The position numbers and the translations under genes were made by a program. Source: Ilumatobacteraceae bacterium (lineage in GTDB: Bacteria; Actinomycetota; Acidimicrobiia; Acidimicrobiales; Ilumatobacteraceae). From it: 64,000 nucleotides of DNA. The stretch spans positions 31,628-95,627 of the forward strand of contig CAVZTM010000018.1 in assembly GCA_963778175.1 (NCBI GenBank), read 5' to 3'. Each line of letters begins with the position of its first letter. Position 1 is the stretch's first letter. Shown here piece after piece: positions 40,104 through 52,309 of this stretch. The notes beneath the pieces were generated by a model. It saw only the letters and a program-made list of their open reading frames with translations. It was not told the DNA's origin and made no database searches.

Positions 40104-40649
40104 ATGCGTGTCCCCCGCACGTTCGTCTTCGTGGACCTGTCCGGTTTCACGAACTACACCGCGGCCTTCGGTGACGATGCCGCGGGCCGTCTGCTGAGCA
40201 CCTTTCGCGGCATCGTGCGCACGGTGGCATCGGACCGAGGCGTGCGGATCGCCAAGTGGCTCGGTGACGGCTGCATGATCGTGGCCGTCGACCAACGCGA
40301 TGCCATCGAGTTCGTCCTCGACCTCGAAGAGCGCGCCACCGACGTCTGTGCGCCACTCACGATCCGCGCCGGCCTGGCGACGGGACATGCGCTGTTGTTC
40401 GAAGGCGACGACTACATCGGCTCGGCCGTCAACATGGCCGCCCGGTTGTGCGACTTCGCGAAGGGGATCGAGGTGCTGATCCCCACGATGCAGCTCGAAC
40501 GCCTCCCCGAGGGCGCCCACGCCAAGCCGTTCGGTGAGGTCGAGTTGCGCGGATTCCCCGGGCCGATCGACGTCGTGTCGCTGACCGGTACCCCGCAGCC
40601 GGCGAGCGTCGACGCGTCGGATCTCTGGACCCGCAGCCCCTTCATCTGA
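40104..40649 (+). CDS. stand-alone class III adenylate/guanylate cyclase catalytic domain (about 181 aa)
   Basis: ORF 40062..40649, with ATG 40104. Contains FVFVDLSGFT (metal Asp), KWLGDGCMIV, IRAGLATGHALL, GSAVNMAARL. Confidence 0.85.
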   Translation: MRVPRTFVFVDLSGFTNYTAAFGDDAAGRLLSTFRGIVRTVASDRGVRIAKWLGDGCMIVAVDQRDAIEFVLDLEERATDVCAPLTIRAGLATGHALLFEGDDYIGSAVNMAARLCDFAKGIEVLIPTMQLERLPEGAHAKPFGEVELRGFPGPIDVVSLTGTPQPASVDASDLWTRSPFI

Positions 40650-40671
40650 ACGGTTCAGGTCATCTCGAAGG

Positions 40672-42120
40672 TCAGGTGCGGCTGCGGTAGGTGGCGCTGG
40701 CGCCGCTGGAGTCCTTGTTCAGGCGCTTGCTGAGGTGCAGGCCCTCGAGGACGAACTCGACCGCGGCGGCCACCGCGGCCGGTGACTCGTCGCCACCGGT
40801 GAGCCCCGCAACCGGGGCCCGCAGCGCATCGACGTCTTCGACCAGACGGGCGAGTTCATCGGTGGTGACCCCGTCGCCGGTGTGGGCCACCGCACCCGCC
40901 TCGAACGCGTCGACGACCGCTCGGGTCTGCTCGGGGGCGACGACATCCTTGAACACGGTGAGCACGGCGCCCTTGATCAGGTTCTCCATGATCGCCCCCT
41001 CGCGGCCCTCCTCGAGGGACTCGATCTCGATCTTGCCCATCGAGCTGGCGGCGAGGGCATCGAGGTCGTCGACGCGGGCGACGACGTGTCGTTCACCGGC
41101 GCGCAGGCCCCGGCGGAGTGCGTTCGCGGCGAGCGCTTCGTAGTTGGCGACGCTGAGACGGACGCTCACGCCGGATCGCTGGTTCACGTGGTTGCTCGCA
41201 CGAGCGAGATGGCTGAACGTGGCCACGACGTCGGCGAGGTAGTCCGGCACGTCGACGCGGATGTCGCCGGCGGCGGTCGTGATGTTCAACGGCACCGCCT
41301 CCTGGCGCATGATCGCGACCTCCGTCTCCACCTCGAGCGGGTAGTGCGTGCGGATCTGGCTGCCGAACCGGTCCTTCAGCGGCGTGATGATGCGCCCGCG
41401 GTTGGTGTAGTCCTCCGGGTTGGCCGATGCGAGCAGCATCACGTCGAGTGGCAGGCGGATCTTGTAGCCGCGGATCTGGATGTCGCGTTCCTCGAGCACG
41501 TTGAGCATGCCGACCTGGATGCGCTCGGCGAGGTCGGGCAGCTCGTTGATGGCGAAGATCCCCCGGTTCGTGCGGGGCACGAGCCCGTAGTGCAGCGTGA
41601 GTTCGTCGGACAGGTAGCGACCCTCGGCCACCTTGATCGGGTCGACCTCACCGATGAGGTCGGCGATCGACGTGTCCGGCGTCGCCAGCTTCTCGCCGAA
41701 GCGCTCGCTGCGGTGGACCCAGTGGATCGGTGTGTCGTCACCGAGCTCGGCGATCAGGTCGCGTGCGTGCTTGGACACCGGCGCATACGGATCGTCGTTG
41801 ATCTCGCTGCCCGCCACGATCGGCATCCACTCGTCGAGCAGACCGGTGAGCGAACGGATCATGCGGGTCTTGGCCTGACCGCGCTCACCGAGGAAGATCA
41901 CGTCGTGCCCGGCGAGCAGTGCGTTCTCGAGCTGCGGCATCACCGTGTCCTCGTAACCCGACACGCCGGCGAACAGTGGCTCCCCCGCCGCCACCTTCTC
42001 GATGGCGTGCTCGCGGACCTCCTGCTTGACGGGCCGCGACTCCCACCCGGACGCTCGAAGTTCCCCGAGCGTGGATGCCAGCGTGGCCGGCGGCGTGGAG
42101 GGTCGGTGCATGTCAGCCAT
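40672..42120 (-). CDS. ChlI/BchI-like AAA+ ATPase
   Basis: Intact 482-aa ORF. Walker A FLGERGQAKT, Walker B-like GIFAINELPD, also LLASANPEDY and PLKDRFG. Confidence 0.85.
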   Translation of the reverse strand: MADMHRPSTPPATLASTLGELRASGWESRPVKQEVREHAIEKVAAGEPLFAGVSGYEDTVMPQLENALLAGHDVIFLGERGQAKTRMIRSLTGLLDEWMPIVAGSEINDDPYAPVSKHARDLIAELGDDTPIHWVHRSERFGEKLATPDTSIADLIGEVDPIKVAEGRYLSDELTLHYGLVPRTNRGIFAINELPDLAERIQVGMLNVLEERDIQIRGYKIRLPLDVMLLASANPEDYTNRGRIITPLKDRFGSQIRTHYPLEVETEVAIMRQEAVPLNITTAAGDIRVDVPDYLADVVATFSHLARASNHVNQRSGVSVRLSVANYEALAANALRRGLRAGERHVVARVDDLDALAASSMGKIEIESLEEGREGAIMENLIKGAVLTVFKDVVAPEQTRAVVDAFEAGAVAHTGDGVTTDELARLVEDVDALRAPVAGLTGGDESPAAVAAAVEFVLEGLHLSKRLNKDSSGASATYRSRT

Positions 42121-42212
42121 GCGTCGAACCTAGCGCTCCGGTTCCGGCGGCGCCTTGCGGAGGTCGAGTCGAGCGGAGGTCAGTCGGCGACGGCAGACCG
42201 GCGGCGACGTCG

Positions 42213-44369
42213 ATGGGTACGCTCGCGGCGATGGAACTCTCCGGTAGTCGTCTGGCCGGTGGATGGTTGGCGGCCGAGGCCGACGACGACGTTCGCCGCA
42301 ACGGGATCGGACTCGACACCGACGACAGTGGCTGGGAACCGATCTCGGTTCCGGGTCATTGGTGCACCACGGCGAAGTTCGCGACGAGCGACGGGCCGCT
42401 GATGTACCGACGCTCGTTCCGTGCCGAACCCCCGACCGAGGGCCACCGACGATGGATCACCCTCGACGGCATCTTCTACCAGGCCGACCTCTGGCTCGAC
42501 GGCGCATACCTCGGCGACCCCGAGGGGTACTTCTTCCCGCACAGTTTCGACATCACGGCGCTCTCGCGGTTCGGCGACGACCATGTCCTCGCGATCGAGG
42601 TGACCTGTTCGCCCCAAGCGACCACGTCGGGCCGCCGGAACATCACCGGTGCGTTCCAGCCCCCGTGGGGTCCGGGCTCGACGCGCAACCCGGGGGGCCT
42701 GTGGCGGCCGGTGCACGTCTACGACACCGGCGCCGTCCGCATCGATCGACTTCGTGTGCTCTGCCGCGACGCCGACGACCGCCGTGCGCACGTTCGCATC
42801 GCGGCCCGACTCGACAGTGATCGCGAAGTCCCCATCACGATCCGTACGTCGCTCGACGGCGAAACCAGCGACGAACTCGATGTCGTGGTCGCGGCCGGAC
42901 AGAACGAGCTGGAATGGACCATCGACATCGTGGATCCGGCACTGTGGTGGCCGCGGGCACTCGGGTCCCAGCCGCTGGTCGAGGTCGGCATCGAGGTCCT
43001 GATCGACGGTGAGGTCAGCGATCGCCGGGCCCGTCGCACCGGCCTGCGCCAGATCACCTGGGACAACTGGCACTGCTCGGTCAACGGTGAGCGGATCTTC
43101 CTGAAGGGCGCCAACTACCTTCCCGTGGCCGCGCTCCCGGGCGACGCCGCTGCGGACAGGATCCACGACGACCTGACAGCGGCTGTCGACCTCGGCCTCG
43201 ATGCGTTGCGAATCCACGGACACATCGCCGACCGGGAGGTCTACTCGACGGCGGATGCCTTCGGCCTGCTGCTCCTCCAGGACTTCCCGCTGCAGTGGGG
43301 CCACGCCCGTTCCGTCCGCGCCCAGGCAGTCGAGCAGGCACGCGCTGCGGTCGATTCGCTCGGGCACCACCCCTCGATCGCCCAGTGGACGGCCCACAGC
43401 AACCCCGGACAGACCGAGGCGGCGGGCTCCTCGTCGCGATGGCCCCGCCAGGTTCGCTCGCTGGCAGCCCAGCAGCTCCCGACGTGGAACCGCACGGTGC
43501 TGGACCGCTGGGTGAAGCGAGCGTTCGAGAAGGCCGACCCGACGCGTCACGTCGTCGCCCACTCCGGTGTCCTGCCGCACCTGCCGCAACTCGACGGCAC
43601 CGACAGCCACCTGTCGTTCGGGTGGCGCCACGGCGAAGCGGAGGATCTCGCCGAGTTCGCATCACGCCTGCCGAGGATGGTGCGCTTCGTCAGCGAGTTC
43701 GGCTCCGATTCGGCGCCGCGATCGGCGACGTTCATCGACGACGAGCTGCGCATCAACGAATGGCCCGACCTCGACTGGGATCGACTCGCCGCCGAGCACG
43801 GCTATGAGCGTTCCGTGTTCGAACGGCTCTTCCCGCCGAGCGACTTCGACACCTTCGAGGAGTGGAGCGCCACCACGCAGCACTACCAGTCCCACGTCCT
43901 CAAGACCCAGATCGAGGCACTGCGCCGGCTCAAGTACCGCCCGACCGGCGGGTTCTGCTTCTCGACGCTCAACGACTCGGCCCCGGCGATCTCGTCGGCG
44001 ATCCTCGACGCCGACCGGGTTCCGAAGTTCGCCTGCGACGCGGTCCAGGCGGCCTGCGCCCCGGTCATCGCGATCATGGATCCACTCCCCGATCTCGTGA
44101 CGCCGGGCGATCGCCTGACCCTCGATGTCCACCTGGTGAGCGACCTGCGGGCGCCGATCGACTTCGCGGTCGTCGACGTCGTGGCGGGGTGGGCCTCGGG
44201 TGAGCAGCGTTGGCGATTCGGTGGCGCCGTGGCCGCCGACGAGGTCGTGAAGGTCGGCACGGTTCACCTCGACGTGCCGGACATCGTCGGCCTGCTCACG
44301 ATGGACCTGACGATCACCGCCGGCGAGATCACCGGCACCAACCACTACGCCACCACCGTCACCGAATGA
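42213..44369 (+). CDS. glycoside hydrolase family 2 (beta-mannosidase-like), no signal peptide
   Basis: Intact; ATG 42213 or 42231 within ORF 42075..44369. Contains WEPISVPGHW, GIFYQADLWLDG, GLWRPV, NGERIFLKGANY, SEFG. Confidence 0.8.
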   Translation: MGTLAAMELSGSRLAGGWLAAEADDDVRRNGIGLDTDDSGWEPISVPGHWCTTAKFATSDGPLMYRRSFRAEPPTEGHRRWITLDGIFYQADLWLDGAYLGDPEGYFFPHSFDITALSRFGDDHVLAIEVTCSPQATTSGRRNITGAFQPPWGPGSTRNPGGLWRPVHVYDTGAVRIDRLRVLCRDADDRRAHVRIAARLDSDREVPITIRTSLDGETSDELDVVVAAGQNELEWTIDIVDPALWWPRALGSQPLVEVGIEVLIDGEVSDRRARRTGLRQITWDNWHCSVNGERIFLKGANYLPVAALPGDAAADRIHDDLTAAVDLGLDALRIHGHIADREVYSTADAFGLLLLQDFPLQWGHARSVRAQAVEQARAAVDSLGHHPSIAQWTAHSNPGQTEAAGSSSRWPRQVRSLAAQQLPTWNRTVLDRWVKRAFEKADPTRHVVAHSGVLPHLPQLDGTDSHLSFGWRHGEAEDLAEFASRLPRMVRFVSEFGSDSAPRSATFIDDELRINEWPDLDWDRLAAEHGYERSVFERLFPPSDFDTFEEWSATTQHYQSHVLKTQIEALRRLKYRPTGGFCFSTLNDSAPAISSAILDADRVPKFACDAVQAACAPVIAIMDPLPDLVTPGDRLTLDVHLVSDLRAPIDFAVVDVVAGWASGEQRWRFGGAVAADEVVKVGTVHLDVPDIVGLLTMDLTITAGEITGTNHYATTVTE

Positions 44370-44422
44370 GACGTGGGGTCAGACCCCGCGTCATGAGACG
44401 CGGGGTCAGACCCCGCGTCTCA
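44367..44422. repeat. 29-nt palindromic repeat, two tandem copies between GH2 and sdhB
   Basis: Copy A is TGAGACGTGGGGTC-A-GACCCCGCGTCA (44367-93, right arm lacks TC). Copy B is the perfect palindrome TGAGACGCGGGGTC-A-GACCCCGCGTCTCA (44394-422). The first TGA is the GH2 stop. The sdhB stop (TCA 44424-26) follows by 1 nt. Confidence 0.9.
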
Positions 44423-44423
44423 T

Positions 44424-45195
44424 TCAGCGGGCGAGGGACTTGCGGTTCTTGAACTTCGACTTGAGGTAGTCGACGTTCATCGTCGCGATGTTGTCGATCG
44501 AGATCTCCTTCGGGCACGCCGACTGGCACTCGCCGTGGTTGGTGCACGAACCGAAGTACTCGTCCATCTTCTCGACCATCGCCTCGGCGCGCTTGTAGCG
44601 CTCCGCCTGACCCTGCGGCAGCAGGTTGAGGTGCGCGATCTTGGCCGAGGTGAACAGGCTCGCCGCCCCGTTCGGACACGCCGCGACACAGGCGCCGCAT
44701 CCGATACATGCCGCCGCGTCCATCGACGCATCGGCGACCGGCTTGGGAATCGGAATGAGGTTCGCATCGGGAGCGCCACCGGTGGGCGCCGTGATGTAGC
44801 CACCGGCCTCGATGATCCGGTCGAACGCCGACCGATCGACCATCAGGTCCTTGATGATCGGGAACGCAGCGGCGCGCCAGGGTTCGACGACGATCTCGTC
44901 ACCGCTGTTGAACGTGCGCATGTGGATCTGGCAGGTCGCCGGCCCCCTTCGAGGGACCATGGGCCTGACCGTCGATCATCAGCGAGCACGTCCCACAGAT
45001 GCCCTCACGGCAGTCGTGGTCGAAGACGATCGCTTCCTTGCCCTCCTCGATGAGCCGTTCGTTGAGGATGTCGAGCAACTCGAGGAACGATGCTTCCTCG
45101 CTGATCTCGGGAATCTGATGGCTCTCGAAACGGCCCTGTCCCGTCGGCCCGTCCTGCCGCCAGATCTTGAGGGTGAGATTGGTGAGGGTCTTCAC
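44424..45195 (-). pseudogene. sdhB: succinate dehydrogenase/fumarate reductase iron-sulfur subunit, one frame change near 44940
   Basis: The 2Fe-2S part [18 protein letters not shown] is in ORF 44899..45195. [14 protein letters not shown] and [13 protein letters not shown] are in ORF 44424..44960. The GTG start overlaps the sdhA stop. Confidence 0.9.
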
Positions 45196-47114
45196 TTGTA
45201 GCTCCGGGTCTGGAAGTGGGCCACTTCGTACACGAGTTGTTCCTTGTGCTCGATCGGGTTGGCCGGATCACCGGTCCATTCCCAGGCGCTCACGTACGCG
45301 AAGTCGTCGTCGTTGCGCAGCGCCTCGCCGTCTTCGGTCTGGTGCTCGGAGCGGAAGTGTCCGCCGCAGCTCTCCTCGCGGTTGAGGGCGTCCTTGCACA
45401 TCAGCATGCCGAGCTCGAAGAAGTCGTCGACCCGTCCGGCCTTCTCGAGCGTCTGGTTGACGTTCGTGTCCGAACCGGTGACCTTGAGGTCCTTCTTGAA
45501 CTCCTCGTGCAGCGCCGGGATCTCCGACAGGGCCTTGTCCAGCCCGTTCGCGTTGCGGTCCATGCCGCAGTAGTCCCAGATGATCTTGCCGAGTTCGCGG
45601 TGGAAGTGATCCGGTCCGCGGGTGCCGCCGATGGCCATGTACTGCTTGAAGCGGTCGCGGGCCTCGCCCTCGACCTTCGCGAACTCCTCGTGGGACGTGT
45701 CGGGGATCGGCTTGTTGAGCCAGCCGGAGAGGTAGTTGGAGATCGTGTACGGCAGCACGAAGTAGCCGTCGGACAGTCCCTGCATGAGCGCGGACGCACC
45801 GAGGCGGTTGGCGCCGTGGTCGGAGAAGTTCGCCTCACCGGCGGCGTACAGACCGGGGATGGTCGTCATCAACTCGTAGTCCACCCACAGCCCGCCCATC
45901 GTGTAGTGGCTGGCCGGGTAGATCCGCATCGGGACGTTGTAGGGGTTCTCGCCGGTGATCCGTTCGTACATGTCGAACAGGTTCCCGTAGCGCTCGCGGA
46001 TCGTGCTCTCGCCGAGCCGTTGGATCGCCTCGGCGAAGTCGAGGTAGACACCGTTCTTGAGCGGCCCGACACCCTGGCCGGCGTCGACCATGCGCTTGGC
46101 CGCACGGGACGACACGTCGCGAGGGGCGAGGTTGCCGAAGCTCGGGTAGATCCGTTCGAGGTAGTAGTCGCGCTCGTCCTCGGGAACCAGATCCGGCGAG
46201 CGGGTCTCGTCGGGGTTCTTCGGCACCCAGATCCGGCCGTCGTTGCGCAACGACTCCGACATCAGCGTGAGCTTGGACTGGAAGTCGTCGGCCTGCGGGA
46301 TGCAGGTCGGGTGGATCTGCGTGTAGCACGGGTTGGCGAAGGCCGCACCCCGACGGTGGGCTCGCCACGCGCCGGTGACGTTGCAGGCCATCGCGTTCGT
46401 GGAGAGGTAGAACACGTTGCCGTAGCCACCGGTGGCGAGCACGACGGCGTGCGCAGCGTGCGAGGAGAACTCTCCGGTCATCAGGTCGCGGGTGACGATG
46501 CCGGCGCACCGGCCGTCGATGTTCACGACGTCGACCATCTCCATGCGGTTCCAGAGCTTGACGTTGCCGAGCCCGATCTGGCGGGCGAGCTGCTGGTAGG
46601 CACCGATGAGGAGCTGCTGGCCGGTCTGCCCCCTGGCGTAGAAGGTACGGCTCACCTGGGCGCCACCGAAGCTGCGGTTGTCGAGCAGGCCGCCGTATTC
46701 ACGGGCGAACGGCACGCCCTGGGCGACCATCTGGTCGATGATGTCGACCGACACCTCTGCGAGGCGGTGGACGTTCGCTTCCCGGGCGCGATAGTCGCCG
46801 CCCTTGATCGTGTCGTAGAACAGGCGATGGACGCTGTCGCCGTCGCCCTGGTAGTTCTTCGCGGCGTTGATGCCGCCCTGTGCGGCGATCGAGTGGGCGC
46901 GGCGTGGCGAGTCGTGGAACGTGAACGCTTCGACCTGATAGCCGAGTTCGCCGAGCGTCGCCGCGGCCGACGCGCCGGCGAGGCCCGTGCCGACGACGAT
47001 GATCTTGAACTTGCGCTTGTTCGCCGGGTTCACCAGCTTTTCGTTGGCGATGAAGTTCTGCCACTTGTCGGCGAGCGGCCCCTCGGGGACCTTGGGATCG
47101 AGGGTGATGGTCAT
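45192..47114 (-). CDS. sdhA: succinate dehydrogenase/fumarate reductase flavoprotein subunit
   Basis: 3' 640 codons of ORF 45192..47636, from [12 protein letters not shown]. Contains [40 protein letters not shown]. Confidence 0.95.
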   Translation of the reverse strand: MTITLDPKVPEGPLADKWQNFIANEKLVNPANKRKFKIIVVGTGLAGASAAATLGELGYQVEAFTFHDSPRRAHSIAAQGGINAAKNYQGDGDSVHRLFYDTIKGGDYRAREANVHRLAEVSVDIIDQMVAQGVPFAREYGGLLDNRSFGGAQVSRTFYARGQTGQQLLIGAYQQLARQIGLGNVKLWNRMEMVDVVNIDGRCAGIVTRDLMTGEFSSHAAHAVVLATGGYGNVFYLSTNAMACNVTGAWRAHRRGAAFANPCYTQIHPTCIPQADDFQSKLTLMSESLRNDGRIWVPKNPDETRSPDLVPEDERDYYLERIYPSFGNLAPRDVSSRAAKRMVDAGQGVGPLKNGVYLDFAEAIQRLGESTIRERYGNLFDMYERITGENPYNVPMRIYPASHYTMGGLWVDYELMTTIPGLYAAGEANFSDHGANRLGASALMQGLSDGYFVLPYTISNYLSGWLNKPIPDTSHEEFAKVEGEARDRFKQYMAIGGTRGPDHFHRELGKIIWDYCGMDRNANGLDKALSEIPALHEEFKKDLKVTGSDTNVNQTLEKAGRVDDFFELGMLMCKDALNREESCGGHFRSEHQTEDGEALRNDDDFAYVSAWEWTGDPANPIEHKEQLVYEVAHFQTRSYK

Positions 47115-47923
47115 TCCGAGTGTCCTTCCACACAGCAGGTGATCGCATCCGGGTCGAATTCGATGATGCCGGCCTGCACGGCGATCGGGATCGACACGTT
47201 GCCGACCACGACGACGGTGGCGATGGCGGTCGCGAGACCGCGCCGCCACGAGTTGAACCGCGGGTTGCTCCACCCCATCGACTGGAACAGTGACCAGGTG
47301 CCGTGGAACAGGTGGATGCCGAGTGCGATGTTGGCGAGGATGTAGAACACCGCCACCGGGAGCCGCGACAGCGACGCGTCGATGTTCAGGTACGGGGCGC
47401 CGCGTACGTAGTCGGGGTTGAACCATCCCCACGTGAGATCGGCGAGGTGGAACGCCAGGAACAGCAGCACGATGATCCCGGTCCAGCGCATCGTGCGGCT
47501 GGCGAAGTTCGCCACCTGGTAGTCGCGGGCCGACTGGTACTTGACCGGCCGGGCCTTGCGGTTGAGCACCGTCAGCGAGTACGCCGCGTGGACGTGCAGC
47601 AGCAGCGCTCCGATGAGCACCAGGCGCAGGCCCCACAGGAAGATCGTGCGGGGCAGGATCGGCACGAGGATGTCACGCAGGAACTCGCCGTAGTAGTCGA
47701 CGTCGTACACGAGCTCGTCGCCTTCGGTGACGACGCCGAGGTACACCTTGAGGTTGCCGATCATGTGCCCGACGACGAAGCCGATCCCGATGATCCCGGT
47801 GATCGCCATGACGTACTTCTTGCCGACCGCGGTCGAATAGAAGTCGCGGGCGAACCCCTTCTTCTTCGACGGCGGCTTGATCGCGGTGCCCGAGACGGGA
47901 CCACGGCTCATCGTTTGTGCCAT
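47111..47923 (-). CDS. sdhC: succinate dehydrogenase cytochrome b subunit (single-subunit b558 type)
   Basis: ORF 47111..47962; ATG 47923 (MAQTMSRGP). Five hydrophobic helices with conserved His residues ([26 protein letters not shown]). The stop overlaps the sdhA start. Confidence 0.85.
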   Translation of the reverse strand: MAQTMSRGPVSGTAIKPPSKKKGFARDFYSTAVGKKYVMAITGIIGIGFVVGHMIGNLKVYLGVVTEGDELVYDVDYYGEFLRDILVPILPRTIFLWGLRLVLIGALLLHVHAAYSLTVLNRKARPVKYQSARDYQVANFASRTMRWTGIIVLLFLAFHLADLTWGWFNPDYVRGAPYLNIDASLSRLPVAVFYILANIALGIHLFHGTWSLFQSMGWSNPRFNSWRRGLATAIATVVVVGNVSIPIAVQAGIIEFDPDAITCCVEGHSE

Positions 47924-48114
47924 TGGAGGGAAACTACTCCCCACCGGCGCACCGAGGCCCAATCCACCTCCCCGCTCGTTCTGAACGTTTCGTCAGAGAA
48001 GGTGGCTCCAGGGTTCACTTTGGTCGGGTTGGCACCTAGTCTGCGCCGCCAGCAACCATGATCCGCTCGTCCGACGGACGGACACATCGTCCCATCGCCT
48101 CAGGAGGCATCCCC

Positions 48115-50216
<2,102 letters not shown>

Positions 50217-50453
50217 GTCTGTCTGGTACCGCTCACGGGTCCTGTCACCGGCGACGCGTCCGAGGCTGCGTCCTGCGGACGGTCCTCGACGCCGCCCCCG
50301 GCGCCACCCGTTCGCTGTCGCCCCGCCTTCCTGTTCGCGCCGGCGTCACACCTTCGTTCCTCACCGGAGGCCCGGGGATCGGCGGTGAGGGAAGCGCCAG
50401 CGACGAACCGCACGCGGCGCGAGGAGGAAGCGCAGCGGACGACGAGCCCGCCA

Positions 50454-51254
50454 CTAGGACGTTACGAAGTCGATGAGCTGTTCGACTGCTCCGACCAGTT
50501 CGGGGCGGAGGTCGGCGAAGGTGTTGACGCGGTTGCGGAGTTTGGGCCAGAAGCCGTCGAACGGGACGCCGAGCGCGGCGCACAGGCCTTCCTTCCACGG
50601 CACGTCGCTCTTGGGGACATCGGGCCATTCGTCGAGGCCGAGGACCTTGGGGCGGATGCCGGCCCAGACGTCGACGAACGGGTGGCCGGTGATCAGCACG
50701 TTCGGATCGCGGACGGTTGCGGCGATGCGGGTCTCCTTGGAGCCCGGCACGAGATGATCGAGCAGGACACCCAGCCGGCGCTGCGGTGACGGCCCGAACT
50801 CGATCACGGCGGCGGCGAGGTCGTCGGCGCCGTGGAGGGGCTCGACGACGATGCCGAGTTCACGCAGGTCGTCGCCCCACACGTGTTCGAGCAGTTCGGC
50901 ATCGTGGCGACCCTCGACCCAGATCCGGCTCGCGGCGGCCACGCGGGCACGTCCGTCGCCGGCGACGGAGCCCGACGCGGTGATCCGCTGCGTCGCAGCG
51001 CTCGAGGTCGCCGGGCGCACGAGCGTCACCGGCCGGCCCTCGATGAGGAACCCGCCGGGCTTCCACGTGAAGTGCCGGACGTAGTCGTTGCGGTCCTGCA
51101 GCGTGACGCCCTCGGCACTCCAGCGGACGACGTCGCCGCAGAAGTGGCTCGCACGATCCTCGACGAGGAGGCCCATCTCGACGACGACATCGGGGTACGA
51201 CGGACCACGCCGCTGCGCTTCGAAGTCGTCGAGGATGTCGGTGGAGTACGCCAC
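50454..51254 (-). CDS. DUF3097-family protein (actinobacterial conserved hypothetical)
   Basis: 3' part of ORF 50454..51533. Reads plausibly from VAYSTDILDD... onward. Start uncertain (GTG 51254 or 51302). Family call is from overall resemblance only. Confidence 0.55.
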   Translation of the reverse strand: MAYSTDILDDFEAQRRGPSYPDVVVEMGLLVEDRASHFCGDVVRWSAEGVTLQDRNDYVRHFTWKPGGFLIEGRPVTLVRPATSSAATQRITASGSVAGDGRARVAAASRIWVEGRHDAELLEHVWGDDLRELGIVVEPLHGADDLAAAVIEFGPSPQRRLGVLLDHLVPGSKETRIAATVRDPNVLITGHPFVDVWAGIRPKVLGLDEWPDVPKSDVPWKEGLCAALGVPFDGFWPKLRNRVNTFADLRPELVGAVEQLIDFVTS

Positions 51255-51351
51255 CTCCCCAGTGAAGCAGTCGGATCGCCGACGATGATGGCATCCGTAC
51301 ACGTGGTGCCTGACACCTCGTGGACGTGAGCGGCTGTGCGAGCATGCCGGA

Positions 51352-52250
51352 ATGGAGAGCTTCACGGGAAAGATCGCGGTGGTCACGGGCGGCGCGAGCG
51401 GGATGGGACGAGAGCTCGTTCGCCAGTTGGCGGCCGAGGGCTGCGACGTCGCGATGTGCGACCTGTCGGTCGAGGAGATGGAGGAGACGAAGCGGCTGGC
51501 GCTCGCCGACGCTCCTGACGGCACGGTCATCACGACGCACGTGTGCGACGTGTCCGACGAGCAGTCCTTGATCGCCTTCCGCGATGCGGTGGTCGCGCAA
51601 CATCGGACCGATCACGTCAACCTGCTGTTCAACAATGCGGGGATCGGCGGGGGTGGCTCCGTCATCACCGACACCGCGGGAGGTCTGGGAACGGACGTTC
51701 AACGTGTGCTGGGGCGGCGTCTACTTCGGTGTCCGGACGTTCATGCCGCTGCTGATCGCGTCCGACGAGGGCCACATCGTGAACACCTCGAGCGTCAACG
51801 GCTTCTGGGCGAGCATCGGGACCGGATCGTCCGCACACGGCCTACTCGGCGGCGAAGTTCGCCGTGAAGGGGTTCAGCGAGGCGCTGATCACCGACCTGC
51901 GGGTCAATGCGCCGCACGTGAAGGTCTCGGTCGTCATGCCGGGCCACATCGGCACGGCGATCGTCGAGAACTCGATGCGCCACGGCGCCCACGAACTCGA
52001 CATGGAGACCGCCGAGATGGTGCGGCTGATGTCGGACATGTTCCGTGACCAGGCGCCGATGACCCCGGCCGAGGCGAGCGCGGAGATTCTCGATGGTGTG
52101 CGCAACGGTCGCTGGCGGATCCTCGTCGGCGACGACGCCCGCAAGCTCGACGAGGCCGTGCGGGCCAACCCGGAGATCGCCTACGAGTCGCTGTCCCTCG
52201 GCGACCTCACGTCCGCGCAGCCGGGCACGCCGTTCAACCCGGACTCCTGA
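51352..52250 (+). pseudogene. SDR-family oxidoreductase, two frame changes (~51670, ~51835)
   Basis: VVTGGASGMGRE and NNAGIGGGG are in ORF 51352..51867. WERTFNVCWGGVYFG...VNTSSVNG is in 51584..52048. (Y)SAAKFAVKGFSEAL...VMPGHIGT starts at 51864..52250. Confidence 0.8.
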
Positions 52251-52309
52251 CCCGATCTCCCGCTGCGCCGTGCCGGGAACCGCGACGACGTCGCAGACGT
52301 CAGAGTTCC

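Noticed and set aside
40104-40649. Cyclase as part of a CBASS/Pycsar-type anti-phage signalling system
   Set aside because: The domain is a classical class III adenylate/guanylate cyclase fold, not a CD-NTase or a Pycsar cyclase with an effector. No effector, phospholipase, TIR or TM-toxin gene is adjacent.
44367-44422. CRISPR array
   Set aside because: There are only two adjacent palindromic units with no spacers. The other copies are solitary at distant loci. No cas genes are present.
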